From: Bdellovibrionota bacterium
GTDB lineage: Bacteria; Bdellovibrionota_C; UBA2361; CALJRW01
Reading direction: 5' to 3'
DNA: 64,000 bases
NCBI GenBank assembly: GCA_041740355.1
Contig: JBGSMD010000016.1
Coordinates: forward strand, 188,936 to 252,935
The notes under the pieces are model-generated. The model made no database searches. It saw only the letters and a program-made list of their open reading frames with translations, and was not told where the DNA came from. Positions 10,350 to 21,417 of the stretch are shown piece by piece (the stretch's first letter is position 1; each line of letters begins with the position of its first letter). A program made the translations under genes and the position numbers.

Positions 10350-11405
10350 TTAGTTTGATTTAATTTTGATAGCTAGCTCAGGTGGATCCACAATGATTAC
10401 ATTCATTTCTTGCTCAAGCATAAACTCCTGTAAAGGCTTCATGTCATCAGCGCTGTATTTTAAAGTATGCCTTGCTCCAAAAATAATTGCTGCATTTTTA
10501 AATCCAGTTTCCGTTCTAAGCTGACTTAATCTGTCGATGCTGTTCTGATTACGCTCTTCTAAAATTTCCGGACTTACTACATCGCGAAACTTCTTATACC
10601 ATTCTGCCAGATCCTTAAATAAACTTTTTTCAATAACTGCCATTTCAGTCTGATTGCCATTAAGTTTGGCTGCTGCAGTTGTAATTGATTTAGGTAGAGG
10701 AATTTCCGGATAATTAGCTCCTAACCAATCTAATGCCGTAGTGAGATATACCGAATGCTTTGTCGATTTACCCCCAACTGACATTACACAATGCCCTTTA
10801 GTTGCAATCTCTTCTTCTATAAAATCCAAACTGTGAATCACAATACCTATAACCTGTTGCTTAAGAGCCTTTTTTTTATCCAGTGTCTCCAGACCTGTGA
10901 CAGTGCATTCAAGTCTTGATTCTTCAATATGTTTGTTGAGAGAAAAGCCAGAAGTATCTATCGGAGTATAGACTTGTACTAAACTCCCAATTTTTAAGGT
11001 GTTTGGAATTGCATCAGCTACGGCGAATATTTTTTTGTATTCAGCAAGCACTTCTTTATCAAAGGGATGCTGGGTAGTGTATGAGTTACCCTCTAGTCCG
11101 ATGATATCTAACTTGAAAACCTCATTTAATCGGAGAACGCTTTCTGCTATCTTCTTCTCTACTTCCGATTTGTGGATTGAACTAAATATTACCACAGTAC
11201 AATCACTATTGTTAAAGTAATGCTCTCTGACATTCATTAAACCAGAAATCTTTGCTAAGTTTTGTTCAAATAATTTTTGATTAGGATCTAATGTAGCTTT
11301 TGGCTTGCATCCTGTACTTAATAGAAAAGCACTAGCAATAAGTGACAATTTAGCTCCAAATGATTTAGACAGTGATTGGCTTTGATTGCTAGGAAGATTA
11401 TCCAT
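10350..11405 (-). CDS. Putative lipoprotein, possible EreA/ChaN/TraB-like fold
   Basis: Lipobox STGC; H...GLEG...RN...IFGARH pattern. Confidence 0.5.
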   Translation of the reverse strand: MDNLPSNQSQSLSKSFGAKLSLIASAFLLSTGCKPKATLDPNQKLFEQNLAKISGLMNVREHYFNNSDCTVVIFSSIHKSEVEKKIAESVLRLNEVFKLDIIGLEGNSYTTQHPFDKEVLAEYKKIFAVADAIPNTLKIGSLVQVYTPIDTSGFSLNKHIEESRLECTVTGLETLDKKKALKQQVIGIVIHSLDFIEEEIATKGHCVMSVGGKSTKHSVYLTTALDWLGANYPEIPLPKSITTAAAKLNGNQTEMAVIEKSLFKDLAEWYKKFRDVVSPEILEERNQNSIDRLSQLRTETGFKNAAIIFGARHTLKYSADDMKPLQEFMLEQEMNVIIVDPPELAIKIKSN

Positions 11406-11998
11406 GTATTTTTTATGAATTAAAAATAGTATTCCAAAAGTTCCACTAGTTCTAATGATAAATTAAGTAATAACCTGAATGCTTGGGAAAATGTCTTGCA
11501 CATTTTAAGCTTATTTAGGTTTTAGTATATTTATTTCTCTCAATTATTAACCTCATCTTATAATGTTAATCGAGGCTATACCCTAGGGTCGAGTGAACTT
11601 GATATAATAGAGAACTAGTTTTTATTACGATAGTTTTTATATCTCCCAGTATATTATGCAAAAACAGGATCTTAGTAAAACTAGCTGCACGTATTTACAA
11701 AGGAATAAGAAGTTTGCTTAAAAAATAAAGAATGTTGACTTCTCAAATCCTAAGCTATCAACTTTAGTTCTACCCCAAAAATTGATAGTGCATTACAACT
11801 GAGAAGCGATCTTATGCACTCCATATCCAATATTTTGACTTTAGGTTTTAAGTATCTAATTCCTGCGGCATATCGTTTGATTTTTCAATCTTGGCATCTT
11901 CAGATTGATTGATAAAGACCACTATCAAGGATCTTAAGCTGGGTGCTAAAAAAGGTTTAAAATTTGCTTAACATCTAATTATCTGTAATCTTTTACTA

Positions 11999-14479
11999 AT
12001 GAAAGCGGAGCTAATCAGTCAAATTATTACACCCGAGCAAGTCAAGGTAAGATTAATCCAACAACTTGCGGATAATGGTGCTGAACTTGCAAAAGTATGC
12101 GATTCGTTAATTTTAGACGCTTTTAATCAGAGTTTTCCAATTAAGCTGCAAGAAGATTTAGGATTAATCTTAGTGGCTGGAGGGAGCTATGGACGCAGGC
12201 AACAAATCAAAAATGTCTCTGATGCCGAAATCCAGATTATCTGGACCAAAGCTGATCCTGATAATCAAGGTCAAGTCCTAATAGATGCCTACGAATCAGC
12301 ACTAGTGCTTTTTCAAAAAAAAGCTCAAAGAGAACTTCCCCCGATTGGAATTGAATGTGAATTAAGATTTATTACAAGTCACTTCAGCGATCTTAAACGT
12401 GATCTGGAAGGTTACCAAAAAAGCCTAGCTTCCGAATATCAAAGTAAGCAAAAGGAAAAATTATATAATTTTTTAATTAACCTGAATAATCTTTTATTTG
12501 GTAGAGCACTAAATGTTCCTTCAGATTCAGTTCCTCAAGAGATTATTAAAGATTTATTACAAGACCAAAATCGTTTTAATCAAGTTACGGAAGCTATAAT
12601 TCGAGGGATCAATATTTCCTTAGGTAATTACGGCACACTAGCGATGGCTGACATCCAAATTAAAAATCAAGTGCAAAGAACTGCTCATTTAGGAGTAAGC
12701 TTAATCGAATGTTTAAGATTAGCCAGTAGTAATTTTCCCGAAGAATTAGATCCCTTGCAAGAATCATTTAAAAAGCACCAATTGGAATTTACTTTCTTTC
12801 GTTACCTACACCAACTAACAGACGTACCCCGAACAACGCAGGCTAGTCATACCCCCGAGAACTTTAGCTACTTTGATCGTGAAATACTTCAAAGAAACTT
12901 TGAAATAAAGTATCCACAATATAAAAACTTAGATGTCGTTACATGGCTCTTCACCGAAATTGAAGCTCTTGATTATAATATTAAAAGATTAGTCACTTGG
13001 GTTAGTGAAGAAGTGCCGCTAACGGCGAAACCGATAGAGAAAAGCTTAGCAAGTGATCCCTTCAATGCTTTTGGCAATGTTGCCCAATTGCTACGCGAAT
13101 ATCTGACTAACGATCCTGAATACTTACCTGCTGTTCAAAAACTTCGCGGGATTGTAGATCCCAATACTTATCAAACTTTCACTCTCTTTGAGCATGCGAT
13201 GCAAGCAGTTAGTGCTATTGATCAAGTTTATCGTGGAGAAAAAAAGGACGATCGTTTTACAAAACTTCTGCATAGCTTAAGTCCTAAAGATATTAAAATT
13301 CTTTATCTAGCAACGCCACATCACGACTGTGCTAAACCTGAAGAAATTAAACGTGGGATTAAAGACTCTTATTGGCATGCGGAGCATGGAGCTTCAGTCG
13401 CCTTAGAAGAATTTAACAATCTAGACTTAACTGTGGAGGATAAAGCTGTCATTGCGCGTTTAATTGCTAATCACTTATGGCTTAAGGATGTTTCAAAATT
13501 TTCTTTACACACAATTCATCAGGCAGTATCGGGCTTACCAGTCGAGATTAGAAATGAAACCTTCATAACTCAACTTTCATTATTAACTTATGCCGATGGT
13601 CTCAGTACTAATCCTAAAAATTGGGATGTTTTTCGATCTAATCACTTGTACGATGCCACTCTCTCGGCATTTAGACAAATCAAAGGAGATCCGACCATTA
13701 TGCCAATTTCAAACTTCACAAACCATCTTTTCGATTTTTATGAACTCTATCTTTTTGGGCAAAATCATCAGGAAGTGACTGATTTTTTACAACTATTACC
13801 AGATAGTTTTCGAACTCTCCCGATATTAAGCGTTTGTAATTTTATAAAAATTTACAAAAAGTTTGATGGAGCTCCACAAATTCATTTTGCGATTCATAAA
13901 GAGTTACCTAGCGATCTAGAAGAACAGTCTTTTAAAGCGGATCTACTATTAGTAGCAGCTGATCGTAATTTCTTAGCTAGTAATATAGTTGCTGAAATAA
14001 CAAAACGTGGTTTCAATATCCAATCCGCCGATTTTTTTACTAGTAGCACTGGCGTAGTTTTTAACAGGCTAACCTTGCATCACCATGCCGATCGCCAAGA
14101 CGATCTACCTCGTTTAAAAACATCTTTAATGGAATTGCTTCAGAATAATGATTTATTAATTCCAAAAGCAGATCCTACTTTCAAGCTTGATGCTCATTCA
14201 ACTTTAGTTTCCTTAGTTAGTCCGCAATTTCCACCAAGTGATCATACGTTTATGATTAAAATTAAGACTGAGGATCGCAAAGGACTTCTACTTAATATTT
14301 TACAATGTTTTAACTCTACTCAACTGGCACTTCAATCATGTTGTGTTAACTCTGAGGGTAATAACGTTGAGAATTTTTTTGAATTAAGTTTTAATCGCCG
14401 TGGAAGTGGAACAGAACTCTCTAGTAATCATCTTGAGGTACTAAAAGCCAGAATCGAGAAAGAATTATTTGCCTTATAA
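11999..14479 (+). CDS. glnD: Divergent GlnD-like protein (nucleotidyltransferase + HD + 2 ACT)
   Basis: GGSYGR...SD NT motif; TLFEH, HHDCAK, HAEHGA, LTYAD HD domain; ADRNFL and EDRKGLL ACT starts. Confidence 0.7.
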   Translation: MKAELISQIITPEQVKVRLIQQLADNGAELAKVCDSLILDAFNQSFPIKLQEDLGLILVAGGSYGRRQQIKNVSDAEIQIIWTKADPDNQGQVLIDAYESALVLFQKKAQRELPPIGIECELRFITSHFSDLKRDLEGYQKSLASEYQSKQKEKLYNFLINLNNLLFGRALNVPSDSVPQEIIKDLLQDQNRFNQVTEAIIRGINISLGNYGTLAMADIQIKNQVQRTAHLGVSLIECLRLASSNFPEELDPLQESFKKHQLEFTFFRYLHQLTDVPRTTQASHTPENFSYFDREILQRNFEIKYPQYKNLDVVTWLFTEIEALDYNIKRLVTWVSEEVPLTAKPIEKSLASDPFNAFGNVAQLLREYLTNDPEYLPAVQKLRGIVDPNTYQTFTLFEHAMQAVSAIDQVYRGEKKDDRFTKLLHSLSPKDIKILYLATPHHDCAKPEEIKRGIKDSYWHAEHGASVALEEFNNLDLTVEDKAVIARLIANHLWLKDVSKFSLHTIHQAVSGLPVEIRNETFITQLSLLTYADGLSTNPKNWDVFRSNHLYDATLSAFRQIKGDPTIMPISNFTNHLFDFYELYLFGQNHQEVTDFLQLLPDSFRTLPILSVCNFIKIYKKFDGAPQIHFAIHKELPSDLEEQSFKADLLLVAADRNFLASNIVAEITKRGFNIQSADFFTSSTGVVFNRLTLHHHADRQDDLPRLKTSLMELLQNNDLLIPKADPTFKLDAHSTLVSLVSPQFPPSDHTFMIKIKTEDRKGLLLNILQCFNSTQLALQSCCVNSEGNNVENFFELSFNRRGSGTELSSNHLEVLKARIEKELFAL

Positions 14480-14535
14480 TAATTAAATACGAAGGTAAAC
14501 AATTGTTATGGACCTATAACTTAGCCTAGTCTATT

Positions 14536-14683
14536 TATATAGTGATGACAAAAAATAAATTACGTAAAAGTATATAGATTAATTTGCTTTTTTGTCATAA
14601 CCGTATGATTTTATAACGCTTGCGGGAGATAGAACGCCCCAAAAAGTAATTTACGTAAGAAAATTACTTTTTGGACTTTCTAT
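14536..14683 (+). repeat. ~150-bp element with terminal 55-bp hairpin, copy 1
   Basis: Aligns to reverse complement of 22899-23047; hairpin ATAGAACGCCCCAAAAAGTAATTT...AAATTACTTTTTGGACTTTCTAT at 14629-14683. Confidence 0.85.
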
Positions 14684-14773
14684 ATTAAAACAGATTTTGC
14701 TTTTGAATAGCAAAATAAAGCAGGCTCTGTTGCCTGATATTAAGTATAAAACTCCAGTAAAACTGAATAATAT

Positions 14774-15526
14774 TTATTTTTTTCTGGCAAAACCACCATC
14801 ATTTAAATCAACTTTCAACATAACAGAGCTAACGGGATCGTTCCTTGTTTGTCTTGGTTCTGACTGATAAAAGATTAAACCGAATTTTTGTTGAATCTGA
14901 GCATGTGCCATGTTAATCCAGTTTAAACCGACCAGGCCAGAATATTGACGTTTAGCATTGTTATAGATTGAATTAACTTCAATCGTCGGATCGATGCTGG
15001 CAGAATTGCCCAAAAGGATGGAGATTGGATCTGTAAATGCTAAAGGAGTTTTAGGAGTTTTGTACATCATTAAGAAACTACCATCTGGAGCCCCTAAAAT
15101 TGAAATGCGTTCCATTCCACACTTAAGAAAAGTAATTACATCTGTTTGAGAAAATGCAAGTGCCGCTTTAGCTCCATGTGCTTCCTGATACGGATGGGTA
15201 TGAAATACACCAATATCTTTAATACCTGGCTCATTAAATGGCTTTACCAAAACAGAGGTACTATTACCGATTGACCAACGCTTCTCATCGGGAAGCATTA
15301 ATTGATTTTGGTCATTAGCTAATAAAGTAAATCCACGTTCCCTGCCATCACTATTAGTTTGGGAAATTGCCAGACCCGCTTTACGCATAAATGCATCTGG
15401 TAGCGTTATCACCTCCGGACTAGGTGAGTTATTTGCTAACATATTTTTGACTAAAAGAGATAAGCTTTGAGAAGACTTCGGATTATCCAATCCAGATTTC
15501 ATAAAAGCACTTAGTGGATCCATCAT
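14774..15526 (-). CDS. JAB/MPN-like metalloprotease motif protein (DUF4329-like)
   Basis: E (RERG)...FHTHP...FSQTD = E...HxH...SxxD. Confidence 0.65.
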   Translation of the reverse strand: MMDPLSAFMKSGLDNPKSSQSLSLLVKNMLANNSPSPEVITLPDAFMRKAGLAISQTNSDGRERGFTLLANDQNQLMLPDEKRWSIGNSTSVLVKPFNEPGIKDIGVFHTHPYQEAHGAKAALAFSQTDVITFLKCGMERISILGAPDGSFLMMYKTPKTPLAFTDPISILLGNSASIDPTIEVNSIYNNAKRQYSGLVGLNWINMAHAQIQQKFGLIFYQSEPRQTRNDPVSSVMLKVDLNDGGFARKK

Positions 15527-15807
15527 TTACCGTAATCTGCAAAAAAGTTTGAAATGCTTCTATTGATTTAATAAAACTCAAGATAGCAGAGCAAAGAATC
15601 TGCCAGAATGTCAGCAAAGCCAAGCGCGAAACGCCTTGCTTCCCAATAAGTCGCTATTATTTGCTTTGAGAATGCGCATCCAAACTCTGGACTGCTAATT
15701 TTCTCACTTCTGCTGATCAGACCTCTGAAGAACACAGCTATGAAAGAAGCTAGGCCTTAAACTATCTTAGATGGCTGATTAAACAATCTTCAGAGCCTTG
15801 CACTTGG

Positions 15808-16482
15808 TTAAATTTGAGTCCTAACAAGTCTCAAATTCAATGCCTTTTGGTACAATTCCATATCAACTTGATGAAATGATTCTATTTGATTCCTCAAAGA
15901 TTTATTTATGGAATAGTTACCATTTTTACAAACATTTAAATTTTCTCTAAAAGATGGAATATCTTTATTTAGATATTTATTTGTGAAGTATTTAAAGTCA
16001 TCTTCATAATGTTCGGTTATACCAATAAAATCAAAATTATTTAGAGGAAAGCCCCATAAAAACTGATTATATAAATCTCTCATTTCATCACTTAGACAAA
16101 ACTTTGACAAAGTCCATTTTTCTTCAATTACACGCTTGTGAAGTGCTGGAGCTTCGGGACTGTATCTTCTTTGCCAGAAATAATAATGAGAAATAATTCT
16201 TTCCACCGGATGACGCATCCACGTCACAAACTTCAATGATTTGATGCTGTTTAATAGTAAGTATTTTATTGGCATGAAATGTCCATGAATACATTCTACT
16301 TCTCCAAAATCGTATTCAGTAATAGATAAACTTGAAATTAATGCATTCCTGTTTCGCTGAAAAAGAGGCGTATTGATCGGTAGATCAGTATAATCGAGTA
16401 ATAATTTTTGTTCAAAATATTGCTCCAAGGAAACTTTAAAACTAGATCCAGCAGTTTTTGGAAGATGAAGTGAGATTATCAT
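15808..16482 (-). CDS. Sulfotransferase family protein
   Basis: HLPKTAGSS (5'-PSB) and RHPVERIISHY (3'-PB). Confidence 0.85.
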   Translation of the reverse strand: MIISLHLPKTAGSSFKVSLEQYFEQKLLLDYTDLPINTPLFQRNRNALISSLSITEYDFGEVECIHGHFMPIKYLLLNSIKSLKFVTWMRHPVERIISHYYFWQRRYSPEAPALHKRVIEEKWTLSKFCLSDEMRDLYNQFLWGFPLNNFDFIGITEHYEDDFKYFTNKYLNKDIPSFRENLNVCKNGNYSINKSLRNQIESFHQVDMELYQKALNLRLVRTQI

Positions 16483-16744
16483 ACTTTGTAGTTATAAATC
16501 TTAAACCTTAATTTTTTGTTGATTAATAAGTTATACCGTCATGAAACAATTATGGCGTGTAAGGCAAAAGCATATACCCAATAATCATAGTATAAATAAA
16601 GCTAATTAGTTTTTAAATCATCAACATCCCCTACAACCCAAATATGCTAAAAATGTGATAGACTTTTTTCCAAGCAATCAAGTCAATACTTAATTAATTT
16701 TTAGTATATTTTACACTCATTAAAATTGTAAAACTTTTTACTCA

Positions 16745-18148
16745 TTACTTTGTAGATATCCTTGGCCCTACAGGGCGAGAGCGCTTTCCCGACTCAGCCA
16801 ACTCACCCCAAGCTTCCGCTGCAACTATGCGTCGAGGGATCGCGTGGGGTTCAACATGCTTAGCGCAAAGTTCCCTAAGAGAATTAAGATCGAAAGATAC
16901 CTCTGGCGCAAGGACTACTTCCGCAACAGGCACAAGACCAAGTAGTGGATGGCTTTCTGGATAGCAGACAGCATCGCGAATATTTGGATGCGAGGCAAGT
17001 ATCCGCTCTACTGCCTCTGGATTTACAAGCTTTCCGCCGCTTCTAAATATTCGGTCAAGTCGACCACGAAAATGTAGTCGTCCATTCTTTTCAATACTCA
17101 GCAAATCGTTACTATGGAAGAAACCCTCAGCATCGAGCCCTTCATAGCAACCACTGGGATTTATATAACCCAGAAATACTGATGAACCGCGGATCACAAA
17201 TCGCCCCGCGTCATTACCAGCTACTGGATCGAGTCGCCATTCAAAATGAGAATAGGGAAGACCAATACAGGCATCGACGCCGCCGCCATCGTTAATCGCC
17301 AAATCTGAAATCCTTGGTCCTGCTTCTGTCATCCCGTAAAGAAAAAGTTTTTGAGCAGAAGGGAAGGCTTGATCGAAGTCGCGTACCAGATCATCCCCAA
17401 GAGGTTCCCCTCCCGTAGTCACCATCCGTACTCCAGAAAACGGGGTCTTATTCCAGTAAGCAAAGAACATGCGAAAAAGCGAAGGAGGTCCTTGCACGAC
17501 AGTGATCCCCTCTCGCCGAATTGCGGCTTGTAGTTGCGTAAGTGGTTCGCGAGGTGAGAAAAGATAGCAGGTTGCTCCCGCCAAAAGAGCTGAAAGGCAA
17601 CCACCTATTAAACCATACATAAAACCTAGCGGAGTGTTAACCGCAATTCGATCGCTAGTGTTAAGTGCTAAGGCCTTCTTAATTGCTTCCGCTGTGATCA
17701 CTAGCGACTCGGCAGGTAATGCTACTAATTTTGGCTGACCTGTAGTTCCGGAGGTGCAAATCACTAGCCCTTCATCGCGTAAATCTAGTGAGATAGTTAT
17801 GTTTGTATATGTGTAATCTATTTTTGTGTCTGGTATTGGCATGTCAAGCGTTGCAATTGGTCGCAACCAAGTGCTAATCTCGTTGACCTGCAAATTAGTC
17901 ATCCCTTCACGAATCACAACTGGCACTATGCCGCGATTCCAACAGGCCAAAACGCTGATCAGAATATCAACAGGATCTTTCTGCCGCACTAAAACTCGCC
18001 CGGGCTTCTCAGTCACCTCTGGCAATGTTGAGGCGACAGATGAGGCAAGTGCTGCCAGTCTATTAAACGAAATTCGACGATCGTTATACACAATAGCTTC
18101 ATGGTCACTTCTACTTGTGACCTGTTCAATAAATTGTTTCCAAATCAT
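16745..18148 (-). CDS. AMP-dependent synthetase/acyl ligase
   Basis: TSGTTGQPK, YGMTE, GRLDRIFRSGG. Confidence 0.9.
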   Translation of the reverse strand: MIWKQFIEQVTSRSDHEAIVYNDRRISFNRLAALASSVASTLPEVTEKPGRVLVRQKDPVDILISVLACWNRGIVPVVIREGMTNLQVNEISTWLRPIATLDMPIPDTKIDYTYTNITISLDLRDEGLVICTSGTTGQPKLVALPAESLVITAEAIKKALALNTSDRIAVNTPLGFMYGLIGGCLSALLAGATCYLFSPREPLTQLQAAIRREGITVVQGPPSLFRMFFAYWNKTPFSGVRMVTTGGEPLGDDLVRDFDQAFPSAQKLFLYGMTEAGPRISDLAINDGGGVDACIGLPYSHFEWRLDPVAGNDAGRFVIRGSSVFLGYINPSGCYEGLDAEGFFHSNDLLSIEKNGRLHFRGRLDRIFRSGGKLVNPEAVERILASHPNIRDAVCYPESHPLLGLVPVAEVVLAPEVSFDLNSLRELCAKHVEPHAIPRRIVAAEAWGELAESGKRSRPVGPRISTK

Positions 18149-18990
18149 AATCCCAGATCCTGTAAAAAGCGACCATCATCAATGTTACGAAGAAACCGAA
18201 GATTTTCAGGCCTTGAAGTTATGAGCTTCTCTAGTTCGCTCCAATACCGATCTAGCCAGGCCTGCTGCCATTGCTCATCCGTCATTTCATTATATGATAC
18301 TTCCATCCGCTGACATTTAATTCGTATGCGATTACCATGCCATTGAGCTAGAACGAAAAAAGTAGGAACGTTAAGCTTAAAGGCAAGTGCAGGAAGACCA
18401 GGTGATAGATGCCAACAGTGATCAAATTTAATTACCTCCCTGCTGTGACCACTAATCTTCGTATCAGCCGCCCCCAAAAGTATTCCACCACGTCTTAGGT
18501 GTAGGGCCGACTTTACTAATAACACACCACGTTCTGCTGGAGGGAGCGGATCAAGGAAGGTTGCGTTTGGACTTTGGGAAAGCCATGCCGGAAAGTCTCC
18601 CAAATTTGTCCAAACAAGTAGAGGCATCTGCCTTTCCAGCATAACATTCATCAGAAATTTGGGAGGCCCGAGATGCGCTGTGGCAACAATCACGCCACCT
18701 TCGGCCAGAGCCGAATCGAGTTCGCTCCAGTCGGTCGGCTCAAGTAGTGCCAGCGCTTCAGGCTTAAGACTTGGATTATTCAGGAACCGGCGAACAATAC
18801 ACCCTGCAACCACACCCCACCATGCCTGCGAGCACCAGTTTGAATCAATCGCGATCTTTGGATGGTTTTTTGCCCAGTGTTGAATCCGAGACTTTCGCCA
18901 AGCAATTAAAGCTACAACTCGTAGTAGTCTTAGCTGAAACTTAAGGGATAGTCTCGAGTTAGCAATTGCCAAGATTAACAGCTTCAACAT
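18145..18990 (-). CDS. Lipid A/LPLAT-like acyltransferase (divergent)
   Basis: VIVATAHLG, LRRGGILLGAAD, C-terminal LEKLI..RPE as in LpxL-like proteins; lies between ACP and ligase. Confidence 0.6.
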   Translation of the reverse strand: MLKLLILAIANSRLSLKFQLRLLRVVALIAWRKSRIQHWAKNHPKIAIDSNWCSQAWWGVVAGCIVRRFLNNPSLKPEALALLEPTDWSELDSALAEGGVIVATAHLGPPKFLMNVMLERQMPLLVWTNLGDFPAWLSQSPNATFLDPLPPAERGVLLVKSALHLRRGGILLGAADTKISGHSREVIKFDHCWHLSPGLPALAFKLNVPTFFVLAQWHGNRIRIKCQRMEVSYNEMTDEQWQQAWLDRYWSELEKLITSRPENLRFLRNIDDGRFLQDLGL

Positions 18991-19232
18991 GATTTCTCTA
19001 ATAAGCGAATAATATTACCAGCCGTTGCCAGCGTATCCGCCGTAAGTTGTTCATCGCGGATTGTAATACCAGTGCGGCGCTCGAGTTCAAGCACAATCTC
19101 TAAAAAATCAACCGAATCAATGCCAAGTCCTTCTGCCCCCAATTGAGTGTCGGCCTGAATCAAAGTATCAGATTTATTAGCTATATTTTGGATCACTTCG
19201 TAGACCATCAGCTTAAGTTCTTCATGAGTCAT
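18984..19232 (-). CDS. Acyl carrier protein
   Basis: LGIDSVD phosphopantetheine motif, 82 aa, acidic. Confidence 0.9.
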   Translation of the reverse strand: MTHEELKLMVYEVIQNIANKSDTLIQADTQLGAEGLGIDSVDFLEIVLELERRTGITIRDEQLTADTLATAGNIIRLLEKSC

Positions 19233-19461
19233 GAATGGTCTCCATTTATATTTGACTAAAATTTACTTTGTTTACAATTGTACAGTAGAAAAAATATACC
19301 AGTAAAGTAAAATTTATCAACATTAAACCCAATAACTAGATGAAAGCCAAACGCAGTGTGTAGAGTTTGTCAACTAATTACTAGTTGAGACAAGCTATAC
19401 AAAAGTTTTCTGGATCTTGGTAAAAGAGCTAAGCAAATTTGGGAGTCTAATTTTGTAAAAC

Positions 19462-20727
19462 TTAACCTAGTTCCTCGAACTTCGCTTTCATTGTCGGATT
19501 ACCATGAGTTAACTTCTTAATAGTTAAATCCTCTGTCTTTTCATTGGCAAGTCGAAGATTGTTCTCAGATGCTAATAATGCATCTTTAGTTTTTTGCAAT
19601 TCTTTGATTGTTTTATCTATTCCGTCTATCGCGTCTTTAAATTTACGGCTAGCCAAATCATAGTTCCTGGCAAAACCATCTTTAAACTTATTCATTTTTT
19701 CTTCAAAATTAGTAATGTCAATGTTTTGACTTTTAACTAAGGCAAGTTCTGATCTATATTGCATAGAGTTCATAGCGGCATTTCGAAGTAATGTAATAAT
19801 GGGAATAAAAAATTGAGGCCGCACCACATACATTTTACTGTGTTTGTGTGACACATCAACAATGCCTGTATTATAAAATTCACTGTCAATTTCTAATAAG
19901 GAAACAAGAACAGCATATTCGCATTTTTTTTCAGTACGATCTTTGTCTAATTCCTTTAAAAAATCTTCGTTTCTTTTTTTTGTTGCTGTTTCATCTCCCT
20001 CATTCTTCATTTCAAACATTATCGAAATGATTTCATTGCCTGCTTCATCACTCTCCCTATATATGAAGTCCCCTTTACTACCTGATTTGGAATCATTATC
20101 TTTTTCAAAATAAGCTTTTTGAAAAGCCGTGGCGCGAAGTTTATTAAATTCAGTTTCGCAGTGTTGCTCCAGAGTTTCTCCTAACATTTTCGTGGAAAGT
20201 TTTAGTTTCATATCTTTGACGCGAGCAATTTCGTCGTCTTTATACTTAATGATTGCATCTTTACTCTGCAATTCCGTGGAAAATTTTTGCTTTAAAGAAT
20301 TTTCCAGATTTTGTTTTTCTAACTCCTTGGTCTTCACATCATTTGCTAAACTGTCTCGTTCTTTTTCAACTTTTTGGACAGCCTCGTTAACAGCAAGTTT
20401 TTTGGCAACTTCTGAATTATCAATTTTCGCTTTTAGTTGGTTTATTTCCGATTCTTTTTTATTTAGCTTTTCAGATAATGTTAGGTCGTTTTGAGCTTTA
20501 AGCTCGGTTAGTTCGTGATCTTTTTTTGTTAATTGTTCTTGCAAGGAATTTTTAACAATTGCTTCCGCTAATTTTACGGCGCTTTCTTTTTCTTTCTCAG
20601 CTAGATTTAGTCGTTTTTGCAATTCATCTTCAAATTGGTGGTCACGAACTTGTTTCACAATGTCTGCAAATCCAGTTTCATCAATTTTAAATGCTTTATT
20701 ACAATTGGGGCAAATAATTTCATTCAT
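19462..20727 (-). CDS. DUF2130 family protein
   Basis: ICPNC start, coiled coil, [25 protein letters not shown]. Confidence 0.85.
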   Translation of the reverse strand: MNEIICPNCNKAFKIDETGFADIVKQVRDHQFEDELQKRLNLAEKEKESAVKLAEAIVKNSLQEQLTKKDHELTELKAQNDLTLSEKLNKKESEINQLKAKIDNSEVAKKLAVNEAVQKVEKERDSLANDVKTKELEKQNLENSLKQKFSTELQSKDAIIKYKDDEIARVKDMKLKLSTKMLGETLEQHCETEFNKLRATAFQKAYFEKDNDSKSGSKGDFIYRESDEAGNEIISIMFEMKNEGDETATKKRNEDFLKELDKDRTEKKCEYAVLVSLLEIDSEFYNTGIVDVSHKHSKMYVVRPQFFIPIITLLRNAAMNSMQYRSELALVKSQNIDITNFEEKMNKFKDGFARNYDLASRKFKDAIDGIDKTIKELQKTKDALLASENNLRLANEKTEDLTIKKLTHGNPTMKAKFEELG

Positions 20728-20924
20728 ATCTTATTGTGTAATTGAATATCTTTAAAATTAGTACTAATGGTATAAAAATGAAAGAGCTGAGATTTCTCTC
20801 CATCCCTAGTACCGCGTATGCATTATCTGAGTATTTTGGCTTGTGCCAGGCAACTTTTTCTTCCCACACGACAACTTTCACTTACTACTTATTACCTACG
20901 ATAAGAATACAAAAAAGTATTCCC

Positions 20925-21234
20925 ATGCCTCGCTTAAGAAAAGCCATTTTCCATAACTACCTCCACTTCGTCACTATCATCGTGGAAAAATGAACTCTGC
21001 TTCCTGCTAATCCTTTAGTTAAATTCTTAATATAAGTAGCTTTAGTCCATACGTTTTAACCACATCAGTTTAAAACTAGTCACCGGTCGCTATGGCACTT
21101 ATATTCAAGGGATCTTTAGAATTTAGGATTACTAAGAATTACCAAAATTTATGGAACGATTTAAAACTAAATCTGTAAATTATTTAAGCAGAATTTTTGG
21201 TGGACAAAAAATAATCTAGTATGAATGATATAAC
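20925..21234 (+). pseudogene. Degraded 5' fragment of RAYT-like Y1 transposase
   Basis: MPRLRKAIFHNY...LLPANPLVKF...PKFMERFKTKSVNYL aligns to 60455-61480, with stops and frameshifts. Confidence 0.8.
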
Positions 21235-21417
21235 TCTCAATCTTCTGTCAGAATTTCTGATTCTAAGAAAGAATGCCGCAAGGTTCAAGAGTATCGCACA
21301 AAGGGTCTGATTGCTTTTACTACTAGTTAAACTTACATTTAGACTATAGTTTAGTTATTTGGGACTCGATTTACCAATCTTGATTAGTTATAATATACCT
21401 ACTTTTATTCTACCATT

